This document shows positions 54,923-64,000 of a DNA stretch of 64,000 nt, one piece after another. How positions within the stretch are numbered: position 1 is the first letter of the stretch; every line of letters begins with the position of its first letter. This DNA comes from Candidatus Bathyarchaeota archaeon. Its GTDB lineage: Archaea; Thermoproteota; Bathyarchaeia; Bathyarchaeales; Bathyarchaeaceae. The notes beneath the pieces are model-generated. The model made no database searches and was not told the DNA's origin. It saw only the letters and a list, made by a program, of their open reading frames with translations. The stretch spans positions 200,050-264,049 of the forward strand of contig CAWDYQ010000002.1 of the NCBI GenBank assembly GCA_963806645.1, in the 5' to 3' direction. Made by a program: the position numbers and the translations under genes.

Positions 54923-55846
54923 TTACCCTAAAAGCTTCATAAGTATCGCTTTTGCGGAGTAAAGCCTATTTTCGCTTTGGAGATAGATTACCGATCTGGG
55001 ATCATTAATCACATCTTTATCTATTTCATAACCTCGGTGTATAGGCATGTCATGCATTATTAAAGCGTCACTTCCCTTTAGCAGCTTTTTGTTGATTTGA
55101 TAAGGAAGCATCAGCTTGACTCTTTTCTCCTTCTCCTTCATAAATTTGGGATCCAAGAAATACTCCATGTCCACCCAAGTGTCAGTGTAGACAATGTCAC
55201 AGTCTTCAACAGCCGTTTTAACGTCCATGGAGTTTTCAAACAAACCTGTGGCTTTTGCAGTCTCTAGCAAATCTTTGTCAATCGAAACCTCATTTACTAA
55301 AGGCGTAACAGTAACAATTTTTATGCCAGTTTTAGTACAGCCCTCAATCAAAGAGTTACAGATATTATTGTGTACCCCAATATACACAAGCTTAAGACCC
55401 CTTAATCTTTGCTTTTTCTCCTTTATGGTTACCAAGTCGGCAATGATCTGGCAAGGATGATACCGTTCATCGCAGCCGTTAATAACGGGGACACTAGAAG
55501 CATCAGCCATAGCCCGCAGATTAGAATTCCGTAAAACTCGAGCCATAATACCGTCAACGTAGCCAGAAATAGATTTCAGTTCATCAGTGAGATCAGCTAA
55601 TACAAGATTTGTGGTTAACCAGTCCATGTAGATTGCGTGTCCACCCAACTGAGCCATTGCAACCTCAAAAGATAATCTAGTTCGGGTAGAAGTTTTCTGG
55701 AAAATCATAGCCAAAGACTTTCCCTCCAAAGCAAACTCGTATTCTTCCGGATTGTTCTTGATTTCCAAAGAACTATCAACAACGTCTTTGATCTCATCTG
55801 AGGAAAAATCTTTAAGAGTGATCAGATGCACGAACGACCTCTCCAT
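54923..55846 (-). CDS. argF: Ornithine carbamoyltransferase-family enzyme with variant motifs
   Basis: STRTR, HPCQ and ENR present; DTWVDM and HDMP replace the usual DxWxSMG and HCLP. Confidence 0.78.
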   Translation of the reverse strand: MERSFVHLITLKDFSSDEIKDVVDSSLEIKNNPEEYEFALEGKSLAMIFQKTSTRTRLSFEVAMAQLGGHAIYMDWLTTNLVLADLTDELKSISGYVDGIMARVLRNSNLRAMADASSVPVINGCDERYHPCQIIADLVTIKEKKQRLRGLKLVYIGVHNNICNSLIEGCTKTGIKIVTVTPLVNEVSIDKDLLETAKATGLFENSMDVKTAVEDCDIVYTDTWVDMEYFLDPKFMKEKEKRVKLMLPYQINKKLLKGSDALIMHDMPIHRGYEIDKDVINDPRSVIYLQSENRLYSAKAILMKLLG

Positions 55847-55974
55847 TAGCTCCAGTAAATACTTCTGAATGTTAGACTGTTATATAAATAATCGAAAAAA
55901 TGGACCAGGTAATCTTACCAACATATCTAGAGATTAATAGCAGAAGAATGCAGTTTTCAACAATTCTTTAAGCG

Positions 55975-56865
55975 CTAATATATGGGCGTCCCTTCGTTCG
56001 AATCCTTCGTAGCCTTCTCAAACACCTGTATAATCCGTTTTGTCACTGGACCCGGTTTACCCATTCCTATTGCACGCTTGTTAACTTCACGTATCGGTGC
56101 AACCTCAGCGGCTGTTCCAGTGAAAAACACCTCATCAGCAGTAAATAATTCATTTGGTGTGATGTTCCGTTCTATGACTTCGATTTCCAGCTTCTTTGCC
56201 AATCGAATAATCAATGCTCGGGTTATCCCATCCAACGCACCAGAAGAGACTGGAGGAGTTAAAAGTTTGTCATCACGCACGATGAATATGTTCTCACCCA
56301 CACCCTCAACAACGTATCCAGCTTTGTCTAAACATATTGCCTCGTCTGCACCTATGTTATTTGCTTCAATTTTACCTAATATGCTGTTTAAGTAGTTAAG
56401 CGACTTCATTTCATGAGTGGCACTATCTACTGGATTCCGTTTCACCCAAGTTATGATTGTATTTATTCCATTCTCCACCTTCTCGGCAGAATGCAACTGA
56501 AGCAATGGCTCAGTGATTATGATAATCGTGGCTTTTGGACATTTTCTTGGATCAAGCCCCAAATCTCCGACGCCTCTAGTAACCACTAAACGGATGTAAG
56601 CATTTGTCAGCTTATTCTTTCTAAGAGTCTCCAGCACTGCTTCTGTAAGCTCAGCTTTGGTTAGCGGTATCTTCAAAAAGATTGGGTGAGCAGACTTGTA
56701 GAGCCTGTCTATATGTTCCCTTAGTTTGAAGACTACACCATTATAGGCTCTAATTCCTTCAAAAACACCATCTCCATACAATAGACCATGGTCGTATACG
56801 GAGATTTTAGCCTCAGATTTAGGGTAGAACTTGCCATCAATGTATATGTGAAGCTCTTTTGTCAT
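55975..56865 (-). CDS. ilvE: Branched-chain amino acid aminotransferase
   Basis: YGDGVFEGIR, KSLNY, EGVGEN, LDGITR and TGTAAE motifs. Confidence 0.95.
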   Translation of the reverse strand: MTKELHIYIDGKFYPKSEAKISVYDHGLLYGDGVFEGIRAYNGVVFKLREHIDRLYKSAHPIFLKIPLTKAELTEAVLETLRKNKLTNAYIRLVVTRGVGDLGLDPRKCPKATIIIITEPLLQLHSAEKVENGINTIITWVKRNPVDSATHEMKSLNYLNSILGKIEANNIGADEAICLDKAGYVVEGVGENIFIVRDDKLLTPPVSSGALDGITRALIIRLAKKLEIEVIERNITPNELFTADEVFFTGTAAEVAPIREVNKRAIGMGKPGPVTKRIIQVFEKATKDSNEGTPIY

Positions 56866-56990
56866 GCTAAACTTTCCTCCGAAATGAAAACGTCAACCAT
56901 AGACTATCCATTAGATATTTAAATTTTAATGTAACTATAGAATATCAACAGCGATTCAGTTTTTCCGGATTCTTTTTAATGACGATTGCC

Positions 56991-58868
56991 TCAAAAGGCG
57001 AATTGGGGTCTTTTGGATAGCAGTTTTGGTAGGGTCAGAGGCTTGAAGGGTTTATCTGCTGTTTTTTCGTTTATTTCTTTTATAAGCTCTTTGAGTTTCA
57101 TGTTTCTAATCTGCTTTGCAGCGTTCCTATCTCTAACTGGCAAAACATCTGTGTTTACCTCGGTTTCACCAACAACTAGGATGTAGTTTACCCACTCCTT
57201 TTCTGCAGCTCTAACCTTCTTGCCTAAACTCAAAGATCTGTCGTCTACGTCAACCCTTATGTTGCAGCTTTGGATCTCTTTCAGTAGTTTCTCAGAGTAA
57301 TCAAGATACTTTTCTGAAACAGGCACTATTCTTACTTGAGTTGGAGAGAGCCACAGAGGAAGTGTGGGAACTTTGCCTTTCAAAGAGTCTCGGTGAGCTT
57401 TCTCTAGTAGTGCATAAACACCCCGTTCGATGCCACCACTTGGACTACAATGAAGAACCAGAGGATATTGCTTATCGCCTTTTTCATCAACATAAGTCAT
57501 ATCGTAGTGTCTGGCGTTCTCTATGTCAATCTGATCTGTTGAGAGAGCGGAAGCTTTGTTTAAATTGTCAATGAAATTGAATTCCCACTTCAAAACAAAA
57601 TAGAAAAAGCGTTCTTCCCACATCTCAACCAGTACAGGTTTACCAAACATTTTCACCATGGATAGAACAAAATCCTTATTCTCAGTATAGAACTCTTTTG
57701 TGACCCTTATCGCTAACTCGTAATCGTTATCTTTGTTCAGTTCCAAACCATTCTCTAGTATTCCCATAGAAAGATTGAACCTAACCAAAAATTCTTCTTT
57801 TGCTTGCTCTAAATCAGCAACCAATGCGTGGCAATCAGGCATAGTGAAGCATCTAAGCCTTCGTAATCCAGTTAATTCCCCGCTCTTCTCACGTCTAAAA
57901 GAATACTTAGTCAGCTCATAAATTCTCAAAGGAAGCTGTCGATAGCTAAATTGTGCATCATGAATCATTAGAAACTGACCGAAACAAGCGCTGAACCTCA
58001 AAAAGAAGTCCCTTTTATCTGAACACAGCAGATACTGTCTGGCAGGAAACCGCTGAAGATAATGAGCAATAGCCGGATGCTCAATATCATACATAATCGG
58101 GGTTTCAACTTCCATCCCCCCATAATCTATCACCCGTTCGGTTACATATTGTTCAAATAACGACTTAATCAAACGCCCCTTAGGATACCAACGCAGATTA
58201 CCCGGATCACTTCCTGGTTCATAATCTGCGATTTCTAAACGTTTCATTAATGTTACGTGTGGAGGAACCTCTTGGACAGCTCTAACCTTCTTGATTTCGT
58301 ATTTGCATAATTTCTCCAAGCTTTTGCATCCTTTAAACCGGAATTCGTCTACTGGAATCAGATCTCCTGATAGTTGTAGAATATACCAGTTGGATTTGAG
58401 TTTCTCCTCTGCCTTCAGGGCTTCACAAACAACTTCTTCTTTTGCCGCGTCAGAAGTAACAATTCTGAGGTGCTCAGCAAGAGGATGACCTTTAATTGAG
58501 ATAGAGAATTTTTTACACCAGCCAAATGGTGCGGAGTATGTTTCCAGCCTCATCTCCTTGGCAATTTCCCTCATTTCTTTGAGGATTTTCAGAGCAGCAG
58601 TTGGTTTCGCCAAATTGCTGCTTAGATGCGCGTATGGATAAATCATAATTCGGTTAACTTTCAGTTGGTCTAGGGAAGCTTTGGTGTTTTCCATCGCTTT
58701 TATGGCAACATTTGTGTCGTCTCCTTCTTCGATAGCGACAAATAACACTGCAACTTCTTCTACCCGGTCTTGCTTTTTGTCAACTTCCTCAGCCATATCA
58801 ATCTCTTTTTCTACAACTTCATACTCTATGAAGTTTGAATGCAACTGGAGTATCCTCAATCTATCCAT
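56991..58868 (-). CDS. thrS: Threonyl-tRNA synthetase (archaeal editing domain)
   Basis: YPYAHLS, PFGW and KGHPLAE editing domain; LRFSACFG, FRRE and HCSPSG motifs. Confidence 0.97.
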   Translation of the reverse strand: MDRLRILQLHSNFIEYEVVEKEIDMAEEVDKKQDRVEEVAVLFVAIEEGDDTNVAIKAMENTKASLDQLKVNRIMIYPYAHLSSNLAKPTAALKILKEMREIAKEMRLETYSAPFGWCKKFSISIKGHPLAEHLRIVTSDAAKEEVVCEALKAEEKLKSNWYILQLSGDLIPVDEFRFKGCKSLEKLCKYEIKKVRAVQEVPPHVTLMKRLEIADYEPGSDPGNLRWYPKGRLIKSLFEQYVTERVIDYGGMEVETPIMYDIEHPAIAHYLQRFPARQYLLCSDKRDFFLRFSACFGQFLMIHDAQFSYRQLPLRIYELTKYSFRREKSGELTGLRRLRCFTMPDCHALVADLEQAKEEFLVRFNLSMGILENGLELNKDNDYELAIRVTKEFYTENKDFVLSMVKMFGKPVLVEMWEERFFYFVLKWEFNFIDNLNKASALSTDQIDIENARHYDMTYVDEKGDKQYPLVLHCSPSGGIERGVYALLEKAHRDSLKGKVPTLPLWLSPTQVRIVPVSEKYLDYSEKLLKEIQSCNIRVDVDDRSLSLGKKVRAAEKEWVNYILVVGETEVNTDVLPVRDRNAAKQIRNMKLKELIKEINEKTADKPFKPLTLPKLLSKRPQFAF

Positions 58869-58926
58869 CCAGCTTTAGGTTTAATTACAGCAAAAATCAT
58901 TGAATAAAAATGAGGAAGTTGGGGCA

Positions 58927-59133
58927 TTAGCCGCTGTGCCTCCATTTTTCAAGAAGCTTGTCCTTTTTGCTACCTTTCTTGTATTCTTTGTAGTGGTCTC
59001 TACAAAGATAAGAACGTCTGCTCTCCTCAACCTTCAAGCCTGCTGCACTAGCTTTTTCACGGGCAATAGAACGAATTGCATCTTTATCGCAGTTTTTGGC
59101 ACTGCATTTTACACCCTTTGCTATTCGACCCAA
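58927..59133 (-). CDS. Small basic Cx4C...CxxH zinc-finger protein, 68 aa
   Basis: CSAKNC and YLCRDHYKE; Lys/Arg-rich; co-oriented upstream of thrS. Confidence 0.8.
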   Translation of the reverse strand: MGRIAKGVKCSAKNCDKDAIRSIAREKASAAGLKVEESRRSYLCRDHYKEYKKGSKKDKLLEKWRHSG

Positions 59134-59344
59134 ACTACATCACCGAGCCTTAATATTAACCGTAGACTTGTGGCATATTAAACCAGCGCTCATTTAATTC
59201 TTTTGAATTTTAGGATGTAAGTTGAAAGGATTTGCTGGGACTTGCCAAATGCAGATGGGATCTATTAAAAAACGTAAGGTATATGAACTGATGCTGATGA
59301 TACTTAATAACACCCGTTTAATTTATAATAAATGAGGAAAAAAC

Positions 59345-59644
59345 ATGCCAGTTAAGCGAAAATCTAGAGGCAGAGCAAAAGGTAGCAAAGGAAAAGGTTC
59401 ACTAATTCAATGTCAAGGTTGTGGTCAGCAGGTACCACGTGATAAAGCGAAAAGGGTTTCACGAAGAGTTTCCTTGGTTGATTCTCTTCTCTATAAGGAA
59501 CTTCGTCAACAGGGTACATATATTTCAAGTCGGAGCGAAACAACCTATTACTGTGTGTCATGTGCAGTTCACCGTGGTGTCGTAAAAGTACGCTCAAAAA
59601 ATGAGCGAAGAACTGGAGCACCAGGAAGAACTTATAGACGTTAA
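59345..59644 (+). CDS. rps26e: 30S ribosomal protein S26e
   Basis: MPVKRKSRGR, CQGC, VPRDKA and YCVSCAVH motifs. Confidence 0.96.
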   Translation: MPVKRKSRGRAKGSKGKGSLIQCQGCGQQVPRDKAKRVSRRVSLVDSLLYKELRQQGTYISSRSETTYYCVSCAVHRGVVKVRSKNERRTGAPGRTYRR

Positions 59645-59672
59645 AATACAAGTCAATTTTTTTCTTTTTTAG

Positions 59673-60263
59673 TTATTTTGACTTGTTGCGAAAGTAGATT
59701 GCCCGCTGAATAACAGTCACGTTTGTTAAGATAGCGAGGACAAGGATTCCCCAATTTAAAGCGTCCAGCCATATATAGCTGAGAAAACTTGCGGCAGCCA
59801 ATATTACTATTCGTTCTGCACGTTCTGCCAATCCAATGGATTCCATCTTAACTCCAGCTGCTTCTGCCCTTGCTCGTGTGTAACTGACCATCAAAGAGCC
59901 AAAAATGGCGGCGATTCCCCATGAAATTTGGGTTAATCCTCCACAAATGATTCCCCATAAGATAATTGCATCAGAGTATCTGTCAAGAAGCGAGTCGAAG
60001 AATCCGCCAAAGGTTGTGGCTTGCCCATAAAGTCTTGCTATGGCTCCGTCTAGGGCATCAAGTAATCCAGAGGTAAGCATCAATAAAGGAGCCAAGATTA
60101 AAAGAAAGGAATGATTATCCCATTGCCAGTAAGAGATAGCAGAGAGCAAAGCTAAGATTATCCCAAGGACGCTGACGTGATTTGGAGTCAATCCTAATTT
60201 GTGGAATAATGCGGCTTCGGAAGTCAACCAACTTTGGACACTTTGTTTAAGTTTTGTAAGCAT
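59673..60263 (-). CDS. pgsA: CDP-alcohol phosphatidyltransferase (archaetidylinositol phosphate synthase-like)
   Basis: TPN, DALDGAIAR...G...DSLLDRYSD, VSYTRARAE and GLAERAER motifs. Confidence 0.9.
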   Translation of the reverse strand: MLTKLKQSVQSWLTSEAALFHKLGLTPNHVSVLGIILALLSAISYWQWDNHSFLLILAPLLMLTSGLLDALDGAIARLYGQATTFGGFFDSLLDRYSDAIILWGIICGGLTQISWGIAAIFGSLMVSYTRARAEAAGVKMESIGLAERAERIVILAAASFLSYIWLDALNWGILVLAILTNVTVIQRAIYFRNKSK

Positions 60264-60364
60264 CTATCATAGTCTCCAGACTTCTTCTAGACTTAATGCT
60301 GAAAGATGATTAACAATTTTCGTCATCTCAATGTTTTGTAGTATATTATACATTTTAGTGAATT

Positions 60365-61813
60365 TTAGTAAGCTAATGCAACTCTTACAACGTTCACTGT
60401 CTGTTTTTCGCAGACTAGACATTTTCCATCTGTTCTTTCTTTGGTGTCTTCTGGAAAACCTAGCAGGCGAGCCCCAAGAGTCTCTTCTAAATTGTGACCA
60501 CATTCGTCTGTACCACACCACGGTATCTCAATAATTCCAGCTTTCCGTTTAAGCAAACTTTTCGCCTCAGAAAGACGATTAACCCTGTAAACTCTTTCTC
60601 GTATCCTAACTTCAGCGTTCATTTTCAGATCAATAGTAATCTCTTCTGCAATTTTTTGCACAGCCGCCACTACCTCATCCATTTTCCAGGTTTGTTTTTT
60701 TAATGTGTCACGCCTAACAACAGTAACCACTCCATTTTCCAAGTCTCTGGGACCAATCTCGACACGTATGGGTACACCCCTAAGCTCCCAATAATAGAAC
60801 TTATTTCCGGGGGTCAAATCCTTCCGCAAATCTAACTCAACACGGAGTCCAGCTTCTTTAAGGGTGGAAGAAACAGTTTCACATGCAGCGTTAACCTGCT
60901 CGCCTTTGTCTTTGTATGGAACTGGAACAACAACCACCTGTATTGGAGCAATCTTTGGAGGTAAAACTATTCCGTTGTCGTCTCCGTGGGCAATCAGAAC
61001 GGCTGCGATTCCCCTTCCAGAAATACCATAACTGGTTGTCCAAATGTAATCCTGACCTCCATCCGGGGTTTCATAAGTTATGTCAAACGCTTTGGCGAAG
61101 TTCTGACCAAGATTATGCACCGTTCCTATCTGTAGAGTTTTGCCATCTGGACAGAGCATATCAAAAGCTATTGTGTATAGTGCCCCGGCGAATTTGTCCC
61201 ATTCAGGTCTCCGAGAAACAAAATATGGAACACCAATCAAATCAAAGAATTGTTTGTAAAGCTCAATAGCTTGTTGTACCTGTTGTTCAGCTTCTTCATC
61301 TGTTGTGTGGCAGGTATGGGCTTCTTTGAATGTAGCTACCTCACGCATCCTTATGATAGGACGGGTTGCCTTGGTTTCGTGACGAAAAACGTTTACAACT
61401 TGATACATTTTTATTGGTAGGTCTGCATGGGATCGAATCCAAAGTTTCAGCATTGGTGCAATAACAGTCTCACTTGTAGGGCGCAATGCATATCTCACTT
61501 TAAGAGGTTCATATCCGCCGTGAGTTACCCAGAAGCATTCTCCCTCGAAACTCTTAACATGGGCAGCCTCTTGTGCTAGGGAAGTTTCGGGAATCAAGAG
61601 TGGAAATAGTGTTTCATCGTGTCCAGTGTTATCCAGTAAATCGCGTATGATTTGGAGGACGTTTCTTCGGATCTTAAATCCATAGGGCATCCATACTCCG
61701 CAGCCCTTGATTGGATACCGGTAATCCATTATTCCCGCGTTTATTAGCACATCGCGGAACCATTCACCGAAGTCTGTACTCCATTTCTGTCTTTTCACAG
61801 GCAAATCTTGCAC
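60365..61813 (-). CDS. proS: Prolyl-tRNA synthetase (archaeal/eukaryotic type)
   Basis: LRPTSET, FRHETK, QIGTVHNLGQNF and SYGIS motifs; C-terminal AY. Confidence 0.97.
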   Translation of the reverse strand: MQDLPVKRQKWSTDFGEWFRDVLINAGIMDYRYPIKGCGVWMPYGFKIRRNVLQIIRDLLDNTGHDETLFPLLIPETSLAQEAAHVKSFEGECFWVTHGGYEPLKVRYALRPTSETVIAPMLKLWIRSHADLPIKMYQVVNVFRHETKATRPIIRMREVATFKEAHTCHTTDEEAEQQVQQAIELYKQFFDLIGVPYFVSRRPEWDKFAGALYTIAFDMLCPDGKTLQIGTVHNLGQNFAKAFDITYETPDGGQDYIWTTSYGISGRGIAAVLIAHGDDNGIVLPPKIAPIQVVVVPVPYKDKGEQVNAACETVSSTLKEAGLRVELDLRKDLTPGNKFYYWELRGVPIRVEIGPRDLENGVVTVVRRDTLKKQTWKMDEVVAAVQKIAEEITIDLKMNAEVRIRERVYRVNRLSEAKSLLKRKAGIIEIPWCGTDECGHNLEETLGARLLGFPEDTKERTDGKCLVCEKQTVNVVRVALAY

Positions 61814-61871
61814 CTTTAACCGTTATGTTGTATAATGTTGACTGTCTAATTAAAAACTGTACGATATTAGC

Positions 61872-63740
61872 CTATTGTGCTGAGGTTTTTTTTCCAGCCC
61901 AACCAATATCTAGCTGGTCTAATGAACTTTGTTTGGGAATTCCTTGCTCAGTCCAACCCATCATATCATAGTAAAGAAGCTTGGCCTTCTGCAGGTCTTT
62001 GGGATTTACTGATGTGTGGCTTAGAGCCCCTGAAGTTTTGGGTTGGAAGAATCTTGGTGGGAGCCAATCGTCCTTTTCTGTGAAGCCTTCTCTTAGGTTA
62101 AAGATTCGTGCAAGTGTGTTTCCTCGTTCTACCACTTTCATCAACTCAAAGGCGGTCGTGTTCCATCCAGTAACGCAACGAACAATCTCTACTTTTTGTA
62201 TGACACTCCAAGGAGTGAAAAGGCACATAACAAGAAAGTTGTTGAGTGTACGCCATTCACCTACAATCTTGTAGAGTCGTACTTTTTTTGGTCCAAAATC
62301 TTCAACGGGAACTGCCTCTAAGATACCTAGACTATTGTAACTATTGGGAAGCTTAGGATACAGGAAAGTGTCATGAATATTGTGAACATGGTCTGCTCCA
62401 GTTGGCGATATTGTATAACCTAATGCTTCACCTCTTTTTAATCTGGGATCATGCATGGGAACCTCCTGTCCCTTAACGTGAACCGCGAACTGTTTTGCTC
62501 CATTTCCAATCTTTTCAGAAGCACGTTTGGTTCCCTCACCTAACAATTTACCTAATCCCTGTTTTTTGCCGATTAATTCAATCATTTTGAGCATGGATTC
62601 TGCGTTCCCAAAATTCAACTCTATGTTGCCTGTGTCTTTTTTGTCGAGTAAGCCATTTTCGAAGCACTCCATTGCAAAACTGATTGTAACCCCTGTGCTT
62701 ATTGTGTCAATGGCGTATTTTTGACATAATTCGTTGGCTTTGCATACTGCCTTGAGGTCAGACACTCCGCAGTTGGAACCAAGAGAAGCTAAGGTTTCAT
62801 ATTCTGGTCCACCATATTCTGGATCAACAATCCAAGGTTTGGTTATTTTTACCTCTTTTTTGCAGGCAACAGCACAAGCAAAGCAAGTTCCCATTCCAAC
62901 GCTAACAGTATCTTTTAAGGTCTCAGCCGAAATTGAATCCACTTCTAAGAATTTGCCATCTCTAAAGTTGTGAATAGGAAGATTACCTATTTCTTCGCCA
63001 GCATCCATTTCTGCACCTGTTCCATAAGTATGCAAAATGTGGGCAACGTTGTCTACGTTCTGTACCATCCATTGTGCGAGTTTTTTTAGCCGTTTTGGTT
63101 TTTTAACAGGAACGTTTGTACTTCCCTTAACTGCCACTGCCTTGAGGTTTTTAGAACCCATAACGGCGCCCATTCCACAGCGACCAGCAACATGATTCAG
63201 GTCATTAACTACAGAAGCATATCGAACTAGATTTTCTCCACCAGGACCAATCTGAGCTACTTTAACCGTTTTGTTGTCTAAATCTTTTCTAATCGTTTCC
63301 TGAGCTTTCTTAATCTCAAGACCCCATAGATGGGAAGCTTCTATAATCTCCACATTATTGTCTTGAATCCATAAATAAACGGGGTTTGAGGCTTTTCCTT
63401 CAACGATTATCGCATCGAAGCCTGCCCGTTTAAGTTCTGCTCCCCAGTATCCTCCTGCTTCGGCTTCTCCGTATGCTCCTGTGAGGGGGGATTTGGCTCC
63501 GACACTGTTGCGTCCGCTACCGCTAACTGGTGCACCTGTTACGGGACCACAAGCGAAAATTAGTTTGTTTTCTGGACCGAGTGGGTCGATTTTCGGTGCC
63601 AGTTCAGTGAGTAGAATATAAGAAATTAGTCCTCTGCCCCCAAAATAGCGACGATAAAATATCTCTTCTAGAGGCTCTATCAAGGTTTTCTCTTTACTTA
63701 GGTTGATCCTTAAGATTTTGCCTGTGAAACCGTTTTTCAT
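61872..63740 (-). CDS. aor: Second aldehyde:ferredoxin oxidoreductase family protein
   Basis: KSPLTG, AGRCGMGAVMGSKNLKA, CFACAVAC, GPEYET, DTIS, HDPR and GADH motifs. Confidence 0.93.
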   Translation of the reverse strand: MKNGFTGKILRINLSKEKTLIEPLEEIFYRRYFGGRGLISYILLTELAPKIDPLGPENKLIFACGPVTGAPVSGSGRNSVGAKSPLTGAYGEAEAGGYWGAELKRAGFDAIIVEGKASNPVYLWIQDNNVEIIEASHLWGLEIKKAQETIRKDLDNKTVKVAQIGPGGENLVRYASVVNDLNHVAGRCGMGAVMGSKNLKAVAVKGSTNVPVKKPKRLKKLAQWMVQNVDNVAHILHTYGTGAEMDAGEEIGNLPIHNFRDGKFLEVDSISAETLKDTVSVGMGTCFACAVACKKEVKITKPWIVDPEYGGPEYETLASLGSNCGVSDLKAVCKANELCQKYAIDTISTGVTISFAMECFENGLLDKKDTGNIELNFGNAESMLKMIELIGKKQGLGKLLGEGTKRASEKIGNGAKQFAVHVKGQEVPMHDPRLKRGEALGYTISPTGADHVHNIHDTFLYPKLPNSYNSLGILEAVPVEDFGPKKVRLYKIVGEWRTLNNFLVMCLFTPWSVIQKVEIVRCVTGWNTTAFELMKVVERGNTLARIFNLREGFTEKDDWLPPRFFQPKTSGALSHTSVNPKDLQKAKLLYYDMMGWTEQGIPKQSSLDQLDIGWAGKKTSAQ

Positions 63741-64000
63741 TGTGCATCAGTAATTGATTGTCTTAAGTAATCCTATTAAATTCTTACATTTTAAGCCATT
63801 TGTTATCATTTTTGTTGCAGGTCATAATGTAAATGAAATGTAGGGATTTATGATACGGCTACATCTTAGGGCATATTCATTTTCCAGACAGCTTATGGTA
63901 TAGTGTAGAGGAAAATTGCAGACTTTTATGTTGACATTATAGAATTTGTGATTCTATAGATACTTAAGATGCCGTGTATTTTTTTGAAAAAAGTTAAAAC

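Noticed and set aside
218-62973. Numerous 60-150 aa ORFs overlapping assigned genes on other frames or strands
   Set aside because: Shadow ORFs of well-supported genes with no independent motifs
1-64000. CRISPR arrays, rRNA, provirus, inteins, tRNA introns and Sec/Pyl recoding
   Set aside because: No regularly spaced repeats, rRNA signatures, viral genes, intein motifs or in-frame stop interruptions seen by eye; subtle cases could have been missed

Overview
Archaeal chromosomal window with no CRISPR array, rRNA or intact mobile element. Fused Rpo1N/C, unsplit Rpo2, S26e, HdrA-MvhD and AORs point to a TACK-lineage anaerobe, most likely Bathyarchaeia (inference). Contents: (1) cobS, a JAMM protease and top6AB-dim2-rio1-DUF424-aIF2beta; (2) a 19 kb redox block with AOR plus ferredoxin, hycI, hdrBC, nfnAB/sudAB, a (ferredoxin-MvhD)x2 protein, hypFCBAD/hypE, a polyferredoxin and HdrA-MvhD; (3) rpoB-rpoA-rpl30e-nusA; (4) cobT, metG, PHP, MtaB-like, nep1, radical SAM, TauE and an IS remnant; (5) the rpp21-yhbY-rps19e-rpl39e-rpl31e-aIF6-LX-pfdA-ftsY cluster; (6) nadE, an argF-like gene, ilvE, thrS, rps26e, pgsA, proS and a second AOR. 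There are two tRNAs. The most notable unexplained signals are three intergenic structured-RNA candidates folded by hand: a 232-nt element between hypD and hypE with twin near-identical apical loops, a 22-bp-stem hairpin with a C-rich loop, and a three-hairpin element before tauE. Also notable are a structured rpoB leader, essential genes that must start at non-canonical codons (metG CTG/ACG, rpl39e ACG), a duplicated H2TH region in Top6B and several small ORFs missed by the ORF track. All product calls come from motif recognition; no database searches were run.
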